64,000 bases of DNA from an uncultured Candidatus Saccharibacteria bacterium. GTDB lineage: Bacteria; Patescibacteriota; Minisyncoccia; Phycocordibacterales; UBA918. How positions within the stretch are numbered: the stretch's first letter is position 1; every line of letters starts with the position of its first letter. The notes beneath the pieces are model-generated. The model had not been told where the DNA came from, searched no databases, and saw nothing but the letters and a program-made list of their open reading frames with translations. Shown here piece after piece: positions 58,370-64,000 of this stretch. The stretch spans positions 62,858-126,857 of the forward strand of contig CAYRMI010000002.1 in assembly GCA_964425625.1 (NCBI GenBank), written 5' to 3'. Both the position numbers and the translations under genes were made by a program.

Positions 58370-60607
58370 TTAATTAGTTTTACTGGTAGTTACACTTGGC
58401 CAATTTAAAAGGGGAATGCGCCAGGTAGTTTTGGGCTTACTTTCTTTGATCGGCACCTCAATATAAAGCCAGTCAGTGGCTGCTAACCACAAATCAACCA
58501 GCATATTTTTTGCGCCAATATAGGCCACGATAGCCCAGGTAGCAGTCAAAGCGTTAAAGCCAGCGAAAGCTGCATTACCCCAGTTTTGCCCTTCAATATT
58601 TCGCCACAGAGTGAAGAGAGAGAAACCGATAATTAAAAGTGGTGAGACTAAGTACAACCAGGCTGTGGCAGTGCGGTTCTTCACTTTCGGCGTACGAGCA
58701 AAGGGGGTCTTCTTGGTGGTGATAGCTTGCTGAAGTGATTTTAGAGTACCAGCAATATTAACTGGTAAGAGAATTAAGTTGAAACCATAAATACGGAAAA
58801 TGTCACTATATTTATAACGACAATATTTGAGGTCCATCGCCATAGCGATAAAATAGGGGGCAGCAGCTAATAGTACCAAGGGACTGAGGAGACGTCCGTC
58901 ATAGGGATAAGCGAGTAGAAAGACTAGTCCAAAACTTGACCAAGCAATGGAGAGCATGTAGTTGGTCCGAATCAAAAACTCGAGTCGAGAAATTGGTCTA
59001 CCAGCGTGCTTTCTAATATGACAAAGTTTTAAAAGTTTGGGAAAAATCAGCAATCCTCCGTTGGCCCAACGACGTCGTTGTACAACGAGTGAACCAAAGT
59101 CCGGAGGAGTAGCACTATAGCTTAGACGTTCAGGATAATTTAAGAGTCGCCAATTGTGTATGGCCATGTCGATACTTGATTCGGTATCTTCAATCACGGT
59201 GTGATCTTGTACATATCTTTTAATTTCAAAACCACCCACAAATTCCGTTTCTACAATATCTTCTAGAGCGCGCTTGCGGATTACGGCATTAGCGCCAACC
59301 CAGAAAGTAGCGTTGTAGTAGCTCATACCTTGGTGCAGGATGTGTTGAACATCGGTGGTGGCTCCGGCCAGACGTTCTAGGCGCGAAGAAGCACCACGAA
59401 AAGATGAGTAAGGAGTTTGTATTACCGCCACGTCAGAATTATTTGGCTGCTCAAGGGAATAAATCAAACGCGAACAGTATTCACGTAAGAGAATTGAATC
59501 AGCATCGAGGGTAAGAATATAATCACTATCTGGTATTACTAAATCGGCCTCACTAGCTTTTTTGGTCTCGAGCAAAATAGTCCCCTCAGAGGCTTCTACT
59601 TTACGGTACATGCCACCCATTAGTCCGATATATGAATTGAGGTTCATCGCTTTGTTTACTTCATGCGAAAGCGAGATGTAGCGTTTGCGTTCAAAAAAAT
59701 CTAACTTGGCGCGAAAAATCCAAACCAGACGGTTGCATAGTTGTTGCATCCGGCCACGAGAAATTTTTTCACCGCTTAGGTTAATGGTCGTAAGTTCAGA
59801 AGCTTCCAAGCGTAAGTCCTTGGCTAACTCGATAAATATTTGCTCAGCAAAAAATATATCGACATGGTCTTCGATTACTTCAGCTTTGGCTTTTTGTTCT
59901 AACCAACTAGCTGACCAGAGGTATTGTTCGATAATTCTTTCGACTGCTTGTTTGGTATAAGCAAAGTCTTTTTCTTGTAGCTCGGTTTGTAGCTCTATGG
60001 CTTTGACGTAGGGTTCACTAAGAAACGCTTCAATCTCAGCACCGAGAGCCTTAGTCTTGGTAATTCGCTCTACATCAGCGGGTTTAACATTGAATGGATT
60101 ATCGTCGATTAGTAAAACAACCCGCAAGTCTGAATGTTCTTGCAAGGCGGCTGAAAGTAGGGTTTTGCGAATAACCTGAACTTCTTCATTGTAGGAGGGT
60201 ACCAAAACAGTAATGGAGGATGGGTGCTTGGCAAAATGTTCATCCAGCAGTCGTTGGGGTGTACGCACATGCTTTTTAAAATTTTGTAATGCGCCTTGTC
60301 TAGTGATGAGGTAGATGAGAGCTGATAAAGTGAGCAAGGTGACAATGAACGTGTAACCAATTACTTCAGTGGTAAAGTTGTAGCTCTGCGGTCCATCAAT
60401 GAGTTGTCGAATAATGACCGAGGTAATGTACATCAACCAAAAAACAATCGTGAGTACAATAGCAATACGACTATAAGCAATAGCAAAATCAGTCGGCTTG
60501 GGATGGATGCTTGGTAGGGGATTGGTATTTTTTTCCGCCCCAAACTGACGTCGGAAATTGACAGGACTTAGTAGAGGAGAGGTGTTGTTTTCAGTTGAAT
60601 TTTGCAT
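58370..60607 (-). CDS. Processive family-2 glycosyltransferase (cellulose/chitin/NodC/HAS-like beta-glycan synthase).
   Basis: N-terminal TM helices. The motifs are D (VVLLIDDN), DxD (LTLDADSIL), and QxxRW (QRRRWANGG) followed by C-terminal TM helices. 745 aa. It is co-oriented with the GH18 gene and 6 nt upstream of it. Confidence 0.75.
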   Translation of the reverse strand: MQNSTENNTSPLLSPVNFRRQFGAEKNTNPLPSIHPKPTDFAIAYSRIAIVLTIVFWLMYITSVIIRQLIDGPQSYNFTTEVIGYTFIVTLLTLSALIYLITRQGALQNFKKHVRTPQRLLDEHFAKHPSSITVLVPSYNEEVQVIRKTLLSAALQEHSDLRVVLLIDDNPFNVKPADVERITKTKALGAEIEAFLSEPYVKAIELQTELQEKDFAYTKQAVERIIEQYLWSASWLEQKAKAEVIEDHVDIFFAEQIFIELAKDLRLEASELTTINLSGEKISRGRMQQLCNRLVWIFRAKLDFFERKRYISLSHEVNKAMNLNSYIGLMGGMYRKVEASEGTILLETKKASEADLVIPDSDYILTLDADSILLREYCSRLIYSLEQPNNSDVAVIQTPYSSFRGASSRLERLAGATTDVQHILHQGMSYYNATFWVGANAVIRKRALEDIVETEFVGGFEIKRYVQDHTVIEDTESSIDMAIHNWRLLNYPERLSYSATPPDFGSLVVQRRRWANGGLLIFPKLLKLCHIRKHAGRPISRLEFLIRTNYMLSIAWSSFGLVFLLAYPYDGRLLSPLVLLAAAPYFIAMAMDLKYCRYKYSDIFRIYGFNLILLPVNIAGTLKSLQQAITTKKTPFARTPKVKNRTATAWLYLVSPLLIIGFSLFTLWRNIEGQNWGNAAFAGFNALTATWAIVAYIGAKNMLVDLWLAATDWLYIEVPIKESKPKTTWRIPLLNWPSVTTSKTN

Positions 60608-60846
60608 ACTTTATATACCATTCCATTGTTTGGTTGAAGAGAGATTGTGGCTTACATGGGGTCTCTTTGGTAATGAGTCACTTTCTAACATATTCTAGGA
60701 TTTTGTCAACCAAATTTTGACGTTTATGGCTTCTTGGGGCGCGGTGGATATTTTTTTACTGAGACAGAGATAAAGTGGGGTAACTGGGTAATTGGTTGGC
60801 TTGTTGTATTAAAATAAGATTGATTATTTATGCACAAAATACTTCT

Positions 60847-62127
60847 ATGGCCAATATTCAATTGATTCTGCTGGCAATTTTGGTTGGATTAATAACAGCT
60901 GTCTCGTGTATCAGTTTTCACTGGCTGATTGAACTTTTCACCTACCTATTTTTTGGGGTAAGTGAAAAGGAAAACTTCATTACTACTGTAGAGGGACTTT
61001 CTGCCAGTATTAGAGTTCTCATACCAACCATGGGTGGATTTCTGGTGGGTTTGGTTTTTACTATACTTAAGGGAGTAGGAGCTACCGGTGAAGGTGTACC
61101 AGAAGTACTTAAAGCCGTGCTCTTTAATCAAAGCAAGATTAAGTTTTTGGTTGCTCCAGCTAAAATTGTTACTACGGCGATTACGCTTGGCTCTGGTGGT
61201 TCAGCCGGACGTGAAGGACCGATTGTACAAATTGGTTCGGCTATAGGGTCAACCATCGGACAGATTTTTAAACAAAATGAATCGACCACTCGTCTGCTAC
61301 TTGCAGCCGGTGCGGCCGCGGGTATTGGGGGTACTTTTGGTGCCCCGCTAGCGGGTGTGTTGTTTAGTCTAGAACTAATTTTTCGTCGCGCCACACCTAA
61401 GTTTGTCCTGATTATGATCCTTTCGGCCATAATCTCAGAGCAGGTGACTAGTCGGGTATTAGGATTTGAGGGTCTACGGCTCAGTTTACCAGAATCTTTC
61501 ACTGTTACTAGTGAGTTACTTTTTATTAGCTTATTTATAGGAATTATGTCAGGGCTCTTAGGAGTTTGCTTTGGCTATAGTATTCGCTTGTCTGAGTGGT
61601 CTTTTGGGGCGTTGAAGTTACCTCTGCTAGTGACAAGTACATTAGGTGGATTGATGATTGGTTTACTCGGTCTTTATTTTCCCTATATCCACGAACCAGC
61701 CACTTATCCATTAATGATTGACTTACTAACTGTCGGTAGCCTACCAATTATGTTGTTAGTTTGTTTACTTGTTGTAAAGATAATTGCGACTGCCATTACT
61801 CTTGGGTCAGGTGGTTCGGGCGGTATCTTAGCTCCATCAATTTTGTCTGGTTTGATTTTTGGTACTGTATTGTCTTCTTTAGTGATGATGACTGGATTAT
61901 TTACCACGACTGATAGTGTGGCTTTTGGTCTAATAGGAATGGCTGGCGTATTTGCTGGGGTGACTCATGCTCCCTTCACGGCTATCTTTCTTTTGTATGA
62001 AATAACTGGTGAACCAATGGTGATTCTTTTATTGACCCTAAGTACGTTACTAGCTTATTTTACTGCCAAGTATGTTCGTCCGGAAAGTGTCTATACCGAA
62101 CATATCACTAAACGACCGATTATCTAA
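60847..62127 (+). CDS. ClC-family chloride channel/transporter.
   Basis: GSGGSAGREGP selectivity-filter motif, a second GSGGSGGILAP motif, and polytopic topology. The start is taken at the ATG 60847 (MANIQL). Confidence 0.8.
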   Translation: MANIQLILLAILVGLITAVSCISFHWLIELFTYLFFGVSEKENFITTVEGLSASIRVLIPTMGGFLVGLVFTILKGVGATGEGVPEVLKAVLFNQSKIKFLVAPAKIVTTAITLGSGGSAGREGPIVQIGSAIGSTIGQIFKQNESTTRLLLAAGAAAGIGGTFGAPLAGVLFSLELIFRRATPKFVLIMILSAIISEQVTSRVLGFEGLRLSLPESFTVTSELLFISLFIGIMSGLLGVCFGYSIRLSEWSFGALKLPLLVTSTLGGLMIGLLGLYFPYIHEPATYPLMIDLLTVGSLPIMLLVCLLVVKIIATAITLGSGGSGGILAPSILSGLIFGTVLSSLVMMTGLFTTTDSVAFGLIGMAGVFAGVTHAPFTAIFLLYEITGEPMVILLLTLSTLLAYFTAKYVRPESVYTEHITKRPII

Positions 62128-62290
62128 CCCCGAGGCAGCGCTCGGAGTGTTATGTGACTAACTGGTATAAGTTTGGACCGTCTTTTTAGGGTACTAAACT
62201 ATTAAAATTATGACTATTTCCATATTCACTGAAAGCGATATGTTAAAATTATTTAGATAAAGTAGAGATTCTAATGGTACAATAGTTATT

Positions 62291-62461
62291 ATGGATGATA
62301 AATCTTTAAGAGATTTTAATATCTTACTTCAAGCAAAACCCGAATTGGCTCGACAGAATTTAATAAATGAAATGCGAGTTTTTTTGGAGACTTACCAAAA
62401 AGCACTACAAAAAAGAGAAATAGAATGGCTTGAAGAACAAGCTCTCTTAGAAAATGACTAA
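62291..62461 (+). CDS. Small helical protein (56 aa), translationally coupled to the downstream calpain-like protease.
   Basis: Translated by hand as MDDKSLRDFNILLQAKPELARQNLINEMRVFLETYQKALQKREIEWLEEQALLEND. Its stop overlaps the downstream ATG by 8 nt. A TACAAT -10-like element lies upstream. Confidence 0.4.
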   Translation: MDDKSLRDFNILLQAKPELARQNLINEMRVFLETYQKALQKREIEWLEEQALLEND

Positions 62462-63929
62462 TATGGAAGGTTTAAACAAACAACACAAAGAAACAAAAAA
62501 ACCTGAATACGAAACTATTAATGATTCTTCAGATGCAACGTCTACTCATATAGGACAAACAGAAATAACTGAAGCCTCATACTTTGATTTAGTGGCGGAT
62601 GATCCGCTAATGTACGATTATAAGGTGGCAGATAAATCAGTTTTGTCTGAACCTGCCACCGGTTCTCTGGAGACGAATGTAATTTCAGTGGATGAAAAAA
62701 AAGAAGTAGATGAGACCGATACAGAACATATCGCCGAGTCTGAAATGATCGAGGGACTGGCGGAGACTTTAGAATCCGAAATAGTAAACATTGAGAAAGA
62801 GTTTCATTTGCCACCGGGAGAAGTAGATAAAGTGCGAGAAGAATTGGGGGTATCTAAAATTGTTTCTAGTATGCTAGAAAAATGGAAGAATCTTCTTCAT
62901 TATTCGGGGCTTCAAACTAAGAAATATCCCAAGACTAAAATTTCTGAAAGATATCATTCGGTAAGAGAATCTTTAAAAAACCGCGAAAGAGAAATAAGAC
63001 CTGAGGTTATTAGAGAGGCCCGCGAGGCGGCTACTAGGTTGTTTGAAGGAAGAGGACTCTTTTCGTTAACAAAGGAAGAATTCAATAATTACTTTATTTC
63101 AGACGAAGAATTTGATGCTGGACCACATTTGAAACAAGCTAATGTTGGTGACTGTTATTTAGTAGCTGCTATTCATGCACTGAGTCGATCCCCGAATTTT
63201 GAAACAATCTGTAGAGCCTCCATGTTACGCCAAAGTGACGGTAGTTGGGAAATTAGAATACCGCTGTTGGGTGATCAAAGTGATGTGATTAAGATTACTC
63301 AAGAAGAAATAAATTCTCAAACTAATGATAGATTCTTTAAGAAAAGCACGACCGGTGGTTCTCTTGACTTGCGTCATAAGCTATATTCACTTTCTGGGAA
63401 TGAAGGATTTAGAGCCTTAGAAGCGGCGTACATTAAGCATAAGTTTGGCAGTGTTGATCGCCTGGCTGCTGAAGGAGGATATGGTGAAGAGGTCCTGCTC
63501 CGATTAGGGGGTGATAACTTTGTTCATTACTCTATTCATTCAGCCACCTATGATCATAATGAAAAGATTATCGATTCTGGGCTACAATCAGTAACCGAGG
63601 AAAATCTTGCCTATTTGGATCATTATTTAGAGACTTTTGATTCTGAGACACATATAGCAACAGTAAACACAAATTATGGTGCTGGGAAGTTGGCCAACGT
63701 TTATCGAGTAGAAGGTACCTCAACTTTTCTAATACCTGGACATGCCTATTCACTTTCTGCAGTGGACATACAACGAAAGCTTGTCACCGTGGTAAATCCT
63801 TGGGATACTTCAAAATCAATAATCCTTAGTTTTGATCAGTTTAAAGAAAATTTTTCCTCATTGAGTGCTGTAAGAATTAACAACGCTAAGTTGTTGGCGC
63901 GAATGACAAAAGAAGGTGATATGTTATAA
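62454..63929 (+). CDS. Calpain-like (peptidase C2 family) cysteine protease with an acidic N-terminal region.
   Basis: Catalytic Cys motif QANVGDCYLVAAIHALS, His motif LIPGHAYSLSAV and Asn motif VTVVNPWD, all in calpain order. The N-terminal ~180 aa are acidic and low-complexity. Confidence 0.75.
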   Translation: MTNMEGLNKQHKETKKPEYETINDSSDATSTHIGQTEITEASYFDLVADDPLMYDYKVADKSVLSEPATGSLETNVISVDEKKEVDETDTEHIAESEMIEGLAETLESEIVNIEKEFHLPPGEVDKVREELGVSKIVSSMLEKWKNLLHYSGLQTKKYPKTKISERYHSVRESLKNREREIRPEVIREAREAATRLFEGRGLFSLTKEEFNNYFISDEEFDAGPHLKQANVGDCYLVAAIHALSRSPNFETICRASMLRQSDGSWEIRIPLLGDQSDVIKITQEEINSQTNDRFFKKSTTGGSLDLRHKLYSLSGNEGFRALEAAYIKHKFGSVDRLAAEGGYGEEVLLRLGGDNFVHYSIHSATYDHNEKIIDSGLQSVTEENLAYLDHYLETFDSETHIATVNTNYGAGKLANVYRVEGTSTFLIPGHAYSLSAVDIQRKLVTVVNPWDTSKSIILSFDQFKENFSSLSAVRINNAKLLARMTKEGDML

Positions 63930-63932
63930 ATT

Positions 63933-64000
63933 ATGAATATGCATAATATGGAACAACCAAGTATGGAGACTGGACCACATAACTTAGCTAGGCGGTTTGA
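63933..64000 (+). CDS. Start of an ORF truncated at the window edge.
   Basis: ATG at 63933 is open through 64000. It is too short to classify. Confidence 0.2.
   Translation, partial: MNMHNMEQPSMETGPHNLARRF

Noticed and set aside
60700-60846. Checked for a fluoride riboswitch upstream of the ClC gene.
   Set aside because: No AACCGCC / CUnAUGAUGCCU-like conserved cores are visible. The channel carries GREGP (the chloride type) rather than the CLC-F GREGT/V signature.

Overview
This 64-kb window is a chromosomal segment from a low-G+C bacterium with small genes. Background G+C looks like the low 40s% by eye; I could not compute it. The gene content suggests a reduced-genome Gram-positive-like or CPR/Patescibacteria (Saccharibacteria-like) lineage. 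That inference rests on a class I fructose-bisphosphate aldolase, a GH57/GH15/glycogen-synthase alpha-glucan cluster, minimal ATP synthase subunits and many small secreted or membrane proteins. I found no rRNA or tRNA genes, no CRISPR array, and no transposase or integrase. About 75 protein-coding genes are supported.

The housekeeping backbone includes a complete F1Fo ATP synthase operon (atpBEFHAGDC, 25.9-33.2 kb) and hisS, prmC, truB, rpmG and uppP. DNA repair genes are ung, mutM and a UvrD-family helicase fused to a RecB-like nuclease. There are a DEAD-box helicase, a class I FBA, and an alpha-glucan cluster (glycogen-synthase-like GT, GH57, GH15 glucoamylase).

The most unusual regions are listed here.
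1. 21.7-25.8 kb is a G+C-elevated island. It encodes two J-domain (Hsp70 co-chaperone) proteins, two unrecognisable ORFs and a small secreted protein, in convergent operons sharing a strong terminator.
2. 34.2-37.3 kb is a compact flavin module: ApbE flavin transferase, an NqrC/RnfG-like FMN-binding membrane protein, and an apparent NqrB/RnfD-like membrane domain fused to an FNR-type FAD/NAD(P) reductase.
3. 56.8-60.6 kb pairs a processive GT2 beta-glycan synthase with a GH18 chitinase-like protein carrying two CBM5/12 modules.
4. 62.3-63.9 kb encodes a calpain-like (C2) cysteine protease preceded by a translationally coupled 56-aa ORF.
5. 41.3-47.3 kb is an envelope cluster. It holds a C39-like peptidase, an L,D-transpeptidase, and a 975-aa DUF11-like/peptidoglycan-binding surface protein. 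Two smaller secreted proteins there share an unrecognised TGxNE...TGDAxA repeat with the large protein.

Smaller features include a dispersed REP-like hairpin element with a TCGAA loop, three tandem copies plus a ~20-bp perfect palindrome at 37.28-37.41 kb, an 800-bp ORF-poor region with a nested perfect hairpin (candidate sRNA), and several additional G+C-atypical two-gene cassettes.

All functional calls come from motifs I recognised by eye in the translations. I ran no database searches.
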